A stretch of 64,000 nt of DNA from an uncultured Candidatus Saccharibacteria bacterium (GTDB lineage: Bacteria; Patescibacteriota; Minisyncoccia; Phycocordibacterales; Phycocordibacteraceae): NCBI GenBank assembly GCA_964652615.1, contig CAZZAT010000001.1:359250-423249 (forward strand), written 5' to 3'. The notes under the pieces were generated by a model. It searched no databases, had not been told where the DNA came from, and saw only the letters and a program-made list of their open reading frames with translations. Each line of letters opens with the position of its first letter. Position 1 is the stretch's first letter. Made by a program: the position numbers and the translations under genes. Below are positions 1 through 9,644 of the stretch, piece after piece.

Positions 1-5
1 TTTCG

Positions 6-887
6 GTGAACTTGCTGGTAAACAGAAGTGCGGATGAAACGGCGGTCATAACGACAGGACAGGAAAACCTCGCGAGTGTCTCATGGGAAAACACCCTTCC
101 ATCCACCATTCTTGACGGACGCATTGAGATAACTCTTTCTGGAGATGCGCTTGATACCAGCAGCGTCAAAGCGACAAACGGATTCTATAGCTCTGCCGCA
201 CGCACCATTCTTTTTGATCGCGACACGGCTTCAGGACTTGCATCTCTTGCGCCAGGAGATGATGGCAATGGTTCGTTTGTGTTTCGAACAAAGTCAGGAA
301 GCGCGCTTGCGCTGCTTCGCAGTCCGACTATAACTATGTCGGTATCAATTTCAGGCAGAAGGCTTGGCGAAGGGAGTGTCCCAGAAAGTGTTTCCTCTAC
401 CATTACGCGCACCTATAAAGTGGCGAGTGATCTTGCACTCTCTGGTCGTTCGGTGCGCACGATAGGACCGTTCCAAAATACAGGACCGTGGCCGCCTGTT
501 GCTGATACCGAGACGACCTACACCATTGTTCTTGACGCGGATAACACGGTAAACACTATTGCAAACGCTTCGGTGCGCGCGACGCTTCCATCCTATGTCC
601 GCTATACCGGAGAAGCTACGGGTGATGTTTCGTATAATGCGACGACACGTGAGGTAGTGTGGACGGTGGGGGATATGGCGCCAAATGCTTCAAGAGAAGC
701 GGCATTTCAGGTAGCGCTCTTGCCAAGCGTTTCGCAAAAAGGTACAAGTCCTGCACTAACAAGTGCCATAACGCTTACTGGATTCGATAGGTTCGCAAGT
801 AAGGAAGTGACGAGCACGGCTGCTGCGGTCACGACCAGAGCTGATAGCGACCCTGCGTTTGAAAGCTCGTTTGGCATTGTGAAGTAA
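6..887 (+). CDS. hypothetical protein, C-terminal fragment (gene continues upstream of window); Thr/Ser/Ala-rich, possibly surface-associated
   Basis: Open frame runs from the window edge to a stop immediately before glyQS. No recognisable motif; composition resembles repeat/adhesin-like proteins. Confidence 0.35.
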   Translation: MNLLVNRSADETAVITTGQENLASVSWENTLPSTILDGRIEITLSGDALDTSSVKATNGFYSSAARTILFDRDTASGLASLAPGDDGNGSFVFRTKSGSALALLRSPTITMSVSISGRRLGEGSVPESVSSTITRTYKVASDLALSGRSVRTIGPFQNTGPWPPVADTETTYTIVLDADNTVNTIANASVRATLPSYVRYTGEATGDVSYNATTREVVWTVGDMAPNASREAAFQVALLPSVSQKGTSPALTSAITLTGFDRFASKEVTSTAAAVTTRADSDPAFESSFGIVK

Positions 888-890
888 TTT

Positions 891-2210
891 ATGGAAAAGA
901 AACCAACACTTGAAGAGATAGTATCGCTTGCAAAGCGGCGCGGCTTTATTTTCCCAGGCTCCGAAATCTATGGAGGCCTTTCAGGAACCTACGACTACGG
1001 TCCCATGGGCGTTGCGCTTAAAAACAATGTCAAGAATCTGTGGTGGAAGATGTTCGTCTCGGACCGTGAAGATATGTACGGCGTTGATGCTGCTATTTTA
1101 ATGAACCCAAAGGCGTGGGAAGCGTCCGGACATGTGTCAGGTTTTAACGACCCGATGGTTGAGTGCAGCAACTGCAAGGGACGTTTCCGTGCAGATCACC
1201 TTGAAGACGCGAATGTGTGCCCATCCTGCAAAAAGAAAGGAACACTTGGAGAAGCAAAGCAGTTCAATATGATGTTTGCGACGAAAGCAGGAGCATCTGA
1301 TGACGCTTCCGCAACCGTCTACCTTCGTCCGGAGACTGCGGGCGGTATGTTTGTAAACTTCAAGAACATCATCGACTCTTTCCATCCGAAGCTTTCATTT
1401 GGCATGGCGCAGATAGGGAAGGCATTTCGAAACGAAATAGCGCCGCGCGACTTCGTGTTTCGTTCGCGTGAATTCGAACAGATGGAGGTTGAATACTTCG
1501 TGCGCCCCGATGCGTGGGAGCCAGCATTTGAGGAGTGGCACGGTATCATGCATGCGTTTGCCGCTGCGGTGGGCATTCCGAAAGAGAAGCTTCATGACAT
1601 CGAGGTTTCTGCGGAAGACCGCGCACACTACTCAAGCCGCACGATAGATTTCGAGTTTGAGTATCCTTTTGGCCAAAAAGAACTCTGGGGTCTTGCGTAC
1701 AGAACTGACTTTGACTTGAAAGCGCACGCGAAGACCTCGAAGGTAGAGCTCTCCTATCTTGATGAGGATACGAAGGAGCGCATCGTGCCGCACGTTATTG
1801 AGCCGTCCCTTGGTGTTGATAGAACCATTCTTGCAATTCTTGCATCTGCGTACCGAGAGGATGATCTTGGCGGGGAAGCACGTACCTATCTAGCACTCCC
1901 TGCAGCTGTTGCGCCGTATAAAGCAGCAGTATTTCCACTCCTGAAGAATAAGCCCGAGCTCGTTGCGAAAGCGAGAGAAGTATATGCAGACCTTAAAAAG
2001 GCAGGAATTTCTGTTGCTTTTGATGACAATGGAAATATCGGCAAGCGCTATCGCAGACAGGATGAAATCGGTACGCCGCTGTGTATTACTATCGATTTCG
2101 ATACGCTCGGTGAAAATCCAGAGCATACCGATACTGTTACGGTCCGAGACAGAGACACGGGAGCACAAGAGCGCGTTGCCATTAGTGAATTGAAAGAAAG
2201 GTTCGCTTAG
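891..2210 (+). CDS. glyQS: glycine--tRNA ligase (homodimeric alpha2 class II type)
   Basis: N-terminal 'EEIVSLAKRRGFIFPGSEIYGGLSGTYDYGPMGV' and the following class II motifs are characteristic of archaeal/eukaryote-type GlyRS; length 439 aa. Confidence 0.9.
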   Translation: MEKKPTLEEIVSLAKRRGFIFPGSEIYGGLSGTYDYGPMGVALKNNVKNLWWKMFVSDREDMYGVDAAILMNPKAWEASGHVSGFNDPMVECSNCKGRFRADHLEDANVCPSCKKKGTLGEAKQFNMMFATKAGASDDASATVYLRPETAGGMFVNFKNIIDSFHPKLSFGMAQIGKAFRNEIAPRDFVFRSREFEQMEVEYFVRPDAWEPAFEEWHGIMHAFAAAVGIPKEKLHDIEVSAEDRAHYSSRTIDFEFEYPFGQKELWGLAYRTDFDLKAHAKTSKVELSYLDEDTKERIVPHVIEPSLGVDRTILAILASAYREDDLGGEARTYLALPAAVAPYKAAVFPLLKNKPELVAKAREVYADLKKAGISVAFDDNGNIGKRYRRQDEIGTPLCITIDFDTLGENPEHTDTVTVRDRDTGAQERVAISELKERFA

Positions 2211-2218
2211 ATAGTCAT

Positions 2219-2752
2219 ATGGAGGGTCGTATTTCACCTCCGGAGCATCTATTCATTGCGCCTTCTGTAATTACTGGCGCAGGTCGCGGTGTTTTTACGA
2301 ATGCACCAATACCAAAAGGAACGCTCATTGAGCGCTGTCCGGTAGTGGCACTAGCTGATGAAAAAGATCGTGCGCGCCTTCGAAAGACTGGTCTCGTACA
2401 GTACTACTTTCTTTGGGGAGAGAAGCGCGACCACGCAGCCATATGTCTTGGCTGGGGTTCTGTCTATAATCATTCCTACACACCAAATGCCGAGTACTCA
2501 AAGCTTCTTGAGGGAGACTTCATGGATTTTGTTGCACTTCGCGATATTAGGGCAGGGGAGGAGATTACGGTGAACTATAACGGAGACGCACAGAACACGA
2601 ACGCTTCAAATGTACCCGGCATACCTTCTCCTGAAGGCAAGCCGTTTAGCGTCAAGCCTCGGATAAAGCGGTACCTAGCGCTCTTTAAAAGACTCATTTC
2701 ACACACGCACGCCATTAGTGTCGCCCATTTCGCTCCTGTGCTATACCTGTAG
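2219..2752 (+). CDS. SET-domain protein (putative protein-lysine methyltransferase)
   Basis: 'GWGSVYNHSYTPNAEY' matches the SET NHSC-x-PN motif and 'EEITVNY' matches the EELTxDY post-SET core; size about 177 aa. Confidence 0.6.
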   Translation: MEGRISPPEHLFIAPSVITGAGRGVFTNAPIPKGTLIERCPVVALADEKDRARLRKTGLVQYYFLWGEKRDHAAICLGWGSVYNHSYTPNAEYSKLLEGDFMDFVALRDIRAGEEITVNYNGDAQNTNASNVPGIPSPEGKPFSVKPRIKRYLALFKRLISHTHAISVAHFAPVLYL

Positions 2753-2768
2753 CGGAAGGAGAGTTTTC

Positions 2769-3170
2769 ATGGAAGAAGTCATCATCAATAAAGTTGCATG
2801 GCTTCCAGTGCAGGATAGAAAAGTGCTGTTTGTCCGAGCGAAGGGCAAGGAGCTTTTCTATAACGCAGGCGGAAAGCCCGAGAAAGGCGAAGGTGATATC
2901 GAGGCGCTTGCGAGAGAGCTTCAAGAAGAGCTTGGCGTGAAGCTTCTCCCGCGTACACTTGAGTATCTTGCTACCTTTCGAGGTCCGGTTGAAGGAAAGC
3001 CACATACCTTTGTACAAAGCCGCTGCTACAACGCGCAGTGCGAAGGAGAACTTGTTCCCTCTGCGGAAGTAGAAGCGTTTGCGTGGTTTACAAGCGCAGA
3101 CTATGAGCGTACGACAGCAACGGGGAAGCTCATTCTCGACTGGCTCATAGAGAGAAACCTTATAGATTAA
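2769..3170 (+). CDS. NUDIX hydrolase
   Basis: Nudix box 'GGKPEKGEGDIEALARELQEELGV' (GX5EX7REUXEEXGU). Start chosen at the ATG preceded by GGAAGGAG; the longer ORF start at 2718 overlaps the SET gene. Confidence 0.75.
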   Translation: MEEVIINKVAWLPVQDRKVLFVRAKGKELFYNAGGKPEKGEGDIEALARELQEELGVKLLPRTLEYLATFRGPVEGKPHTFVQSRCYNAQCEGELVPSAEVEAFAWFTSADYERTTATGKLILDWLIERNLID

Positions 3171-3243
3171 ATGCACGCGGCCTCGGCCGCGTGCATCTCT
3201 TTAAGGCCTACGTGAATTCAGCGTTCGTGCTACTATCCCCTTA

Positions 3244-4266
3244 ATGGACGAAAAACACGGTATTTCCATCTCCACCGGCACGTTTATACGCGCGCTCGTC
3301 ATAGGAGCTGCGGCGTGGGCGCTCTGGCAGCTTTCCTCGCTCGTACTTCTTTTGCTTGCAGCTGTCGTTATCGCCTCTGCGGCAGAGCCTGGGGTGAGTT
3401 TCTTCTTGCGCCATAAATTCCCGCGACCTCTCGCGGTGGTATCGGTGTATGCAGGTGTGCTCGCCATTCTTGCTGCAGTCGTCTGGTTCTTCGTTCCACC
3501 TGTTCTTAGCGAAGCTGCCGCAGTACTCGCGCTTTTGCCGCAGTATCTCTCCCAGGCAGAGAGCCTCGGTGTGAGTTTCCTTGGAAATGCTGGAGGAGTA
3601 AATCTGACCGAAAGCCTCGTGTCGCTTCAGGGAGCTTTTGCTGACACAGGTGCAGGCGTCTTGCAATTCATCTCATCGCTGTTTGGTGGCGCATTCTACT
3701 TCCTCCTCACCATCATCGTTTCGATATACTTCTCGCTTTCAGAAACCGGTATCGATGATTTCCTTCGCCTGGTGACTCCGGTACAGCATCGCGAATACAT
3801 ACTTGGCCTCTGGAAGCGCTCTCAAAAGAAGATTGGTCTGTGGATGCAGGGCCAGCTACTTCTTTCGCTCATCATCACGGTTCTTTTGTATCTTGGCCTT
3901 TCATTGCTTGGCGTACCGTATGCGCTTTTGCTCGCAATATTTGCGGGCATTATGGAGCTTATTCCCGTCTTCGGTTCTTTTGTCGCTGCGGTTCCTGGTC
4001 TTCTTGCGGCCCTTGTAACGGGCGATTTGACGCTCGTTGCGATTGTTGCCGGCCTCTATCTCATTGTGAATCAGTTCCAAGCGCATCTCATCTATCCGCT
4101 TGTTGTGAAAAAGATTGTCGGTGTTCCGCCCATTCTCGTCATCATCGCGCTTCTCGCAGGCGGCCAACTCGCGGGTCTACCTGGCGTTCTCCTTGCTGTC
4201 CCTATCGCAGCTGCCGTGCAGGAGTTTGTGAACGATCTGCAGAAAGGGAAGGCGCAATCCGCCTAG
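3244..4266 (+). CDS. AI-2E family transporter (UPF0118/PerM-like membrane protein)
   Basis: Eight or more predicted TM helices; 'ELIPVFGSFVAAVPG' and the overall architecture are typical of the AI-2E family. Confidence 0.7.
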   Translation: MDEKHGISISTGTFIRALVIGAAAWALWQLSSLVLLLLAAVVIASAAEPGVSFFLRHKFPRPLAVVSVYAGVLAILAAVVWFFVPPVLSEAAAVLALLPQYLSQAESLGVSFLGNAGGVNLTESLVSLQGAFADTGAGVLQFISSLFGGAFYFLLTIIVSIYFSLSETGIDDFLRLVTPVQHREYILGLWKRSQKKIGLWMQGQLLLSLIITVLLYLGLSLLGVPYALLLAIFAGIMELIPVFGSFVAAVPGLLAALVTGDLTLVAIVAGLYLIVNQFQAHLIYPLVVKKIVGVPPILVIIALLAGGQLAGLPGVLLAVPIAAAVQEFVNDLQKGKAQSA

Positions 4267-4391
4267 TGTAAGTCGTTGTTTTGCCAGGATGTTGTTGTTC
4301 GTCTTCTGTATATTTACCTAGAAGTTGGTAATTTACTCAAAATCCTTATGTGATAGGATGAGTGCGGTCAATCATCAGAAGGAGAAGACCA

Positions 4392-4940
4392 ATGGCTCGT
4401 GTTCTTTCAAGTTGCTGTGAGTTTGAGGTTGGCAACATTGAAAATGCCAACGCATATTGCTATGTTTGTGGTCGAACGCATGACCACGGACATCTCGATC
4501 TCCGCGGCCTGCGGACGGTTCTTCTCGGGAAGGTTGTGCGTCGGCATAACCTCAACTGGGAAGAAATCGCGCAGGACACGAAGAAATACGATGGAATGAG
4601 GCGTGGCGTATTCTGTCAGTCAATTTTGACTGAGATTGAAGCGTTGTGCCCCCATGGCAATCCGATCACCTACAACGAAAAACCCCTCAGGCTCCATATG
4701 TGCTATGGGTCCGACGATGGGAATAATCGAGGTGGCGAGAACCCAGCAACAGTTGATTTATCAGTCGAGCAAGGGCTGGATTTCACCTCAGATCTTTGTT
4801 TTGCAGGCGATAGCTTGGGTGCAGGATCAACTCCTGAACAGGCAGGAATGGCTGCAGACGCAGAGGCATCCGCCGACAGGTTCAAACCGGGGGATGTACT
4901 GAAGTACTGTCCAGAACAGGTGGCTTTCAGACTAGCGTAA
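4392..4940 (+). CDS. hypothetical protein, Cys/His-rich N-terminus (CYVCGRTHDHGH)
   Basis: ORF with AGGAGA 7 nt upstream of the ATG at 4392 (the track ORF starts at 4362). No recognisable family. Confidence 0.4.
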   Translation: MARVLSSCCEFEVGNIENANAYCYVCGRTHDHGHLDLRGLRTVLLGKVVRRHNLNWEEIAQDTKKYDGMRRGVFCQSILTEIEALCPHGNPITYNEKPLRLHMCYGSDDGNNRGGENPATVDLSVEQGLDFTSDLCFAGDSLGAGSTPEQAGMAADAEASADRFKPGDVLKYCPEQVAFRLA

Positions 4941-4997
4941 AACCACTTACAATTGAGCCCGGTGATTCGCCGGGCTCTTTTTCCGAAAAAACACACA

Positions 4998-6425
4998 ATG
5001 TATAGATATATCACCACGACCTTGCCATACGTAAACGCGACTCCTCACCTAGGACACGCTCTTGAGTTTGTCCAAGCAGACGCGCTTGCACGAAACTGGC
5101 GCCTCAAAGGCGACCGAGTGTTTTTTAATACCGGAACCGACGAGCATGGTCAGAAAATCTATGAGGCTGCTGAAAAAGCAGGAAAGAATGTAGAGGAATA
5201 TGTGGATTACTATGCGTCCGAGTTCAAAAAATTGAAAGATGTACTTGCGCTTTCAAATGATGCCTTTATACGTACCACAAGTGAAACTCATCTTGAAGCA
5301 GCGAAAGAGATGTGGAAGCGCTGTGAAGCGTCGGGTGATATTTATAAAAAGACGTACTCGGGACAGTATTGCGTAGGGTGCGAAGCGTTTAAGACAGAGC
5401 GCGACTTGAACGAAGCGGGGGAGTGCGCTCTCCATCCTGGGAAGCCGCTTACTACTCTTTCAGAAGAGAACTACTTCTTCCGTTTCAGTAAGTATCAGGA
5501 CAAACTCATCTCCTACCTTTCTCAAGAAACATCTATTACTCCCGAGTGGCGAAGACAGGAAGCACTTGAATTTGTGAAGGGAGGACTCGAAGACTTTAGT
5601 ATTTCGCGCTCCAAAGAGAAACTTTCATGGGGTATACCGGTCCCGGGCGATGACACGCAAGTCATGTATGTCTGGTTTGATGCGCTTACCAACTACATCT
5701 CCACACTTGGATGGCCTACAGACGAAGAAGGGCGCTTCCAGCAGTTTTGGAACGAAGGGAGTGTGCTTCAGGTGGCAGGCAAGGATCAAGTGCGCTTTCA
5801 GTCGCTTATGTGGCAGGCGATGCTTTTCTCCGCTGGAGTCAAAAACACTGATCACGTGTTCTATCACGGCTTCATTACTTCCGGAGGGCAAAAGATGTCT
5901 AAGTCTATCGGAAACGTCATCAATCCGTATGAACTGGTAGAGAAGTATGGGACAGATGCGACACGCTTCCTCCTATTGCGCCATGTGCACCCTGTTGAAG
6001 ATTCTGATGTTACGTGGGAGCGTCTTGATGAGTGGTACACCGCAGATCTTGTAAATGGACTGGGTAATCTTGTAGCGCGCGTCATGAAGCTTGCTGAGAC
6101 GCATCTTGATGCTTCGGTTCCAGACTCATCACCTCTTTCTCCTACAGGTGTGCATTCATCTCTTGCACGTTTTGCTTTTAACGAAGCCCTTGATTCGGTA
6201 TGGAACCATATTCAGGCTGTAGACGAGCGCATTACCCGCGAAGAGCCGTTTAAGCTTGTGAAGAGCGACGCTGGAGCAGGGAAGAAGGTTATTACTTCTC
6301 TCGTTGCTGATGTGAAGCACATTGCACAGATGCTTGCTCCCTTTATGCCGGATGCTTCCGAGAAAATCCTTGCTGCTGTAGCGAACAATACGAAGCCCGA
6401 GAACCTCTTCCCACGCCTCCCGTAA
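4998..6425 (+). CDS. metG: methionine--tRNA ligase
   Basis: 'PYVNATPHLGHALE' (HIGH-type motif) and 'KMSKSIGN' (KMSKS). Start taken at MYRY; the upstream in-frame 15 aa are unlikely to be translated. Confidence 0.9.
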   Translation: MYRYITTTLPYVNATPHLGHALEFVQADALARNWRLKGDRVFFNTGTDEHGQKIYEAAEKAGKNVEEYVDYYASEFKKLKDVLALSNDAFIRTTSETHLEAAKEMWKRCEASGDIYKKTYSGQYCVGCEAFKTERDLNEAGECALHPGKPLTTLSEENYFFRFSKYQDKLISYLSQETSITPEWRRQEALEFVKGGLEDFSISRSKEKLSWGIPVPGDDTQVMYVWFDALTNYISTLGWPTDEEGRFQQFWNEGSVLQVAGKDQVRFQSLMWQAMLFSAGVKNTDHVFYHGFITSGGQKMSKSIGNVINPYELVEKYGTDATRFLLLRHVHPVEDSDVTWERLDEWYTADLVNGLGNLVARVMKLAETHLDASVPDSSPLSPTGVHSSLARFAFNEALDSVWNHIQAVDERITREEPFKLVKSDAGAGKKVITSLVADVKHIAQMLAPFMPDASEKILAAVANNTKPENLFPRLP

Positions 6426-6430
6426 GGGTA

Positions 6431-6459
6431 TTGACTTTGTATATATAGTGTGATATGAT
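6431..6459 (+). promoter_or_regulatory. sigma70-like promoter TTGACT-17-TATGAT
   Basis: Exact 17-nt spacing between a near-consensus -35 and -10, about 45 nt upstream of the 6507 start. Confidence 0.4.
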
Positions 6460-6506
6460 ACAAATCAGGTGTGGGTGCCACCAAATCAACCGAAAGGAGA
6501 AATCTG

Positions 6507-6770
6507 ATGGCTCATACGAAAATTGATATTGATGAAGTGAAAGAGGACGGGGAAGTTATCGGCTACCACGTCATCGTCGACTACCACTACTACTTCTCGT
6601 TTTACTACGACAAGGAAGGAGTGCTCGGCGAGACATCTTCCGGCTGCGACGGCTCTGAACGCGACGAGAAGATGATGCGGTCTATGCGCCGCTATGCGCT
6701 TGCCGCTCTTGAGGCGGCCGGGCACATGCACATGAGGCTCACCCGCGAACTCATCACACTGCATCAATAA
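6507..6770 (+). CDS. hypothetical small protein (87 aa)
   Basis: AAGGAGA SD-like motif 7 nt upstream; followed by a strong terminator hairpin. Confidence 0.4.
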   Translation: MAHTKIDIDEVKEDGEVIGYHVIVDYHYYFSFYYDKEGVLGETSSGCDGSERDEKMMRSMRRYALAALEAAGHMHMRLTRELITLHQ

Positions 6771-6774
6771 ACCA

Positions 6775-6811
6775 AAGGCCGCTCCAAACTACAACTACCG
6801 GAGCGGCCTTT
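6775..6811 (+). terminator. intrinsic terminator hairpin (aaaggccgctcc...ggagcggccttt)
   Basis: Perfect inverted repeat 5 nt after the stop codon, followed by T-rich sequence. Confidence 0.55.
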
Positions 6812-6834
6812 ACCTATTGTGCTATCGTTTCCAT

Positions 6835-7632
6835 ATGAAGTATTTCGATGCTCACTGCCATATTCAATTCCCGCAATATGCGGACGATGCAAGCATTCTT
6901 CTGGGAGAGATGAAGCGGGAAGAAGTGGGAGGTCTTGTTGTTGGGGTTGATATCGATTCTTCAAAGAAAGCGGTGCAGACAGCGGTGGATGCTATAGGCA
7001 TTCTTCCTCTGTATGCATCTGTTGGTCTCCATCCTAACCATGATGAAGAAGCGTTTTCCATGGACGCCTATCGAACGCTTGCGGCGCATCAGAAAGTGGT
7101 TGCCATAGGGGAGTGCGGACTCGACTACTACCGCCCTGATGATGCTGAATCTGCAAAAGGGCCGCAAAAACAGGTGTTTGAAGCGCATATCGCACTTGCA
7201 GTAGAAACAGAAAAGCCCTTGATGATACATGCGCGTCCAGCTAAGGGAACTATGAACGCATATCAGGATCTCATTGATATGCTTCGCACAAAGAAAGGGG
7301 AGCATGGCGAGAAGCTTACGGGGAATGTTCATTTCTTCGTCGGAGGCATCGAAGAAGCTAAGGCGCTTGCCGAGCTTGGCTTTACGATGTCGTTTACCGC
7401 TGTCCTTACCTTTACCGCAGACTATGACGAAGTCGTCCGCTACCTTCCTCTTGAAAGCATTCTTTCTGAAACCGACTCTCCGTATATTGCTCCAGCCGAG
7501 AAGCGGGGGAAGCGAAATGACCCGCTTTCTGTTCGGCAGGTGGTAGGCGCTATCGCTCGTATACGAGGCGCCGAGGAGGAAGTAGTCCGAGAAGCCGTTC
7601 TACAAAACGCAAAGCGCGTCTTTAGGCTCTAG
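6835..7632 (+). CDS. tatD: TatD family metal-dependent hydrolase (DNase)
   Basis: N-terminal 'MKYFDAHCHIQF' (HxH metal site); the 'GECGLDY' and 'NVHFF...ETDSPY' patterns are typical of TatD. Confidence 0.8.
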   Translation: MKYFDAHCHIQFPQYADDASILLGEMKREEVGGLVVGVDIDSSKKAVQTAVDAIGILPLYASVGLHPNHDEEAFSMDAYRTLAAHQKVVAIGECGLDYYRPDDAESAKGPQKQVFEAHIALAVETEKPLMIHARPAKGTMNAYQDLIDMLRTKKGEHGEKLTGNVHFFVGGIEEAKALAELGFTMSFTAVLTFTADYDEVVRYLPLESILSETDSPYIAPAEKRGKRNDPLSVRQVVGAIARIRGAEEEVVREAVLQNAKRVFRL

Positions 7633-7678
7633 GGACGTATTTGCTAGGGGAAAACGGTCATGGTAGGATGCGCCAATC

Positions 7679-8176
7679 ATGGCAAAGAAGGAAAAAGAGG
7701 TCCTCGAGACCGAGGATGGAGCACTTGAAAGCGACCACGCGGAACTTCGCGTGTATGAGCTTGGTTTTCATATAGACGCAGAGCTTCCTGCGGAGGAGGC
7801 TAAGAAGGCGTATCAAGCCGTTCGCTCATCTGCTGAAAAGGCAGGTAGCATTGTTGCTGAAGGAGAGCCTCGCAAGATACAGCTTGCATACACTATTTCT
7901 CGTTCTGAAACTGCAGGCCGGCGCGATTTCTCGGCAAGCTATTTCGCATGGGTTGCCTATGAAGCTGATGGCGCAGGGCACGAAGCAATTATCGAGGGTA
8001 TTAAGGGAGACGCTCGTATCTTCCGTTTCATCGACCTTCGCACCACCAAGGAAGAAGCCCAGCATGCAGCAGAAATGCATGACATTCTCATGCGCGCTCC
8101 AGAGCCGGTAGAGTCCGAAGAGGAAGAGGTGTCTGACGCAGAGCTTGACGAGGCTCTAAAAGAGGTTGCAGCGTAA
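7679..8176 (+). CDS. rpsF: 30S ribosomal protein S6 (divergent, long acidic C-terminal tail)
   Basis: Position first in the conserved rpsF-ssb-rpsR arrangement and a Glu-rich C-terminus (S6 is glutamylated by RimK-like enzymes); body similarity is weak. Confidence 0.55.
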   Translation: MAKKEKEVLETEDGALESDHAELRVYELGFHIDAELPAEEAKKAYQAVRSSAEKAGSIVAEGEPRKIQLAYTISRSETAGRRDFSASYFAWVAYEADGAGHEAIIEGIKGDARIFRFIDLRTTKEEAQHAAEMHDILMRAPEPVESEEEEVSDAELDEALKEVAA

Positions 8177-8182
8177 GTAAGA

Positions 8183-8204
8183 AAGCCCCTCGGGGCTTTT
8201 TTGC
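8183..8204 (+). terminator. intrinsic terminator (aaagcccctcggggcttttttg)
   Basis: GC hairpin followed by a T6 run, directly after the rpsF stop. Confidence 0.6.
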
Positions 8205-8268
8205 TATACTACCCCTAGCGTGTCGGGTACAGCCGGCCTCGCTTCATTACCGCTAAAAATCCAAAACC

Positions 8269-8703
8269 ATGAATCTCAACAAGGCATTTATATACGGAAA
8301 CCTCACTCGCGATCCTGAAATGCGCGCTCTGCCATCAGGGCAGCAGGTTGCAAACTTTTCCGTTGCGACTAACCGCGTGTATAAGGATAAGGATGGGAAT
8401 AAGAAAGAGCAGGTCGAATATCACAATATCGTAGCGTTCGGCCGCCAGGCAGACCTTATCGGTCAGTACATGAAGAAGGGACGTCCGCTTCTCGTAGAAG
8501 GCCGTATCCAGACGCGCTCATGGGAGGCTGATGGCAAAAAGAACTACCGTACCGAAATCGTCGTTGAAAACTTCCAGTTTGGCCCAGGAGGCGCTCAAGG
8601 AGGCAGCAAGGGAGATGACTTCGAACAGAGGGCGCCTAGCGACCAAGGGGACGCTATTCAGTACCCTGACGAAGAGATTAATCCCGAGGACATCCCGTTT
8701 TAG
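8269..8703 (+). CDS. ssb: single-stranded DNA-binding protein
   Basis: OB-fold N-terminus 'AFIYGNLTRDPEMRALPSGQQVANFSVATNR', Gly/Gln-rich linker, and the C-terminal acidic tip 'DIPF'. Confidence 0.85.
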   Translation: MNLNKAFIYGNLTRDPEMRALPSGQQVANFSVATNRVYKDKDGNKKEQVEYHNIVAFGRQADLIGQYMKKGRPLLVEGRIQTRSWEADGKKNYRTEIVVENFQFGPGGAQGGSKGDDFEQRAPSDQGDAIQYPDEEINPEDIPF

Positions 8704-8750
8704 GGAGTGGTTTTGACAAGTCTTCCTCGCTAGAGTAGATTGGACGAACT

Positions 8751-8957
8751 ATGGCTCATCAGGCACAGCGCGAAGAAATAGAGGTGAAGAAATTCGTGGA
8801 CTACAAAGACACGGAGTATCTTCGCCAGTTCATGAATACGCATGCAAAGATGCTCTCAAAGAAGCGCACTGGCATGCCAGCTGATAAGCAGCGTGCTATT
8901 GCTCTTGCGATAAAGCGCGCACGCTACATGGCGCTTCTGCCGTATCTCTCTGCGTAA
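8751..8957 (+). CDS. rpsR: 30S ribosomal protein S18
   Basis: 'FVDYKDTEYLRQF...KRTGM...QRAIALAIKRARYMALLPY' matches the S18 signature; third gene of the S6-SSB-S18 block. Confidence 0.8.
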   Translation: MAHQAQREEIEVKKFVDYKDTEYLRQFMNTHAKMLSKKRTGMPADKQRAIALAIKRARYMALLPYLSA

Positions 8958-8965
8958 GAGATAGA

Positions 8966-8992
8966 AAAACCGCCCGGAAGGGCGGTTTTTTC
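8966..8992. terminator. bidirectional terminator (aaaaaccgcccggaagggcggtttttt)
   Basis: Hairpin flanked by an A-run and a T-run, between convergent rpsR (+) and efp (-). Confidence 0.6.
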
Positions 8993-8993
8993 T

Positions 8994-9569
8994 TTATGCC
9001 TTCTCAACGCGCTCAACGTAGTCTCCCGTCTCGGTATTAATGCGCAGAATATCGCCTGGATTAATGAAAAGGGGAGTGAGTACGGTTGCACCGCTCTCAA
9101 GCGTCACCAGCTTGTTGCCGCCTGTTGCCGTATCACCCTTAACTGCAGGAGGGGCTTCTGTAACCTTAAGGTCAACCTTAATAGGAATCTTAAGCGTAGC
9201 AGGCTTTTCTTTGTACACCATGATTTCTACTTCTGCGTTTTGGATAAGCCACTGTACTTTGTCGTGTACGGTGTCTTCAGGGAAGGAAAAGCGGTTCTTT
9301 GGGTTGCCTGCTTCTGAAAACCACGACTCGCCGCGATTAGTGTAGAGATACACTGCCGTCATTTTCTCTATTTCAGCTTCGGTAACCGTCTCGCTCTGGT
9401 GGAATGATATTTCAATAACACGTCCTGAAATGAGGTGGCGGAGCTTGGTCTGATTAACTGGCTTTCGCTGCTGCATACGGAAGATATGTGAGGAGAGCAC
9501 TTCATAGGGCGCGTTCTCGTACTCAATGACGGTCTTTGGGAGGATTTCGTTATATGAGAGTACGGCCAT
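8994..9569 (-). CDS. efp: elongation factor P
   Basis: C-terminal 'VKGDTATGGNKLVTLESGATVLTPLFINPGDILRINTETGDYVERV' is EF-P domains II/III. Start is the internal Met (MAVLSYNEI) of the 377-aa track ORF. Confidence 0.85.
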   Translation of the reverse strand: MAVLSYNEILPKTVIEYENAPYEVLSSHIFRMQQRKPVNQTKLRHLISGRVIEISFHQSETVTEAEIEKMTAVYLYTNRGESWFSEAGNPKNRFSFPEDTVHDKVQWLIQNAEVEIMVYKEKPATLKIPIKVDLKVTEAPPAVKGDTATGGNKLVTLESGATVLTPLFINPGDILRINTETGDYVERVEKA

Positions 9570-9615
9570 GGTGTTTGTATAAAGATAGGGCCCAAAGGGC
9601 CTTAGTAATAGGGCA

Positions 9616-9644
9616 ATGGTAGCGAAGCCTTGAAGCTTTTTCAA
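9616..9644 (-). promoter_or_regulatory. candidate promoter for efp (TTGAAA-17-TACCAT on minus strand)
   Basis: Hexamers with 17-nt spacing about 45 nt upstream of the efp ATG. Confidence 0.3.

Noticed and set aside
4362-4391. Upstream extension (MRSIIRRRRP) of the 4392 ORF
   Set aside because: The ATG at 4392 has an AGGAGA SD at ideal spacing; the extension has none.
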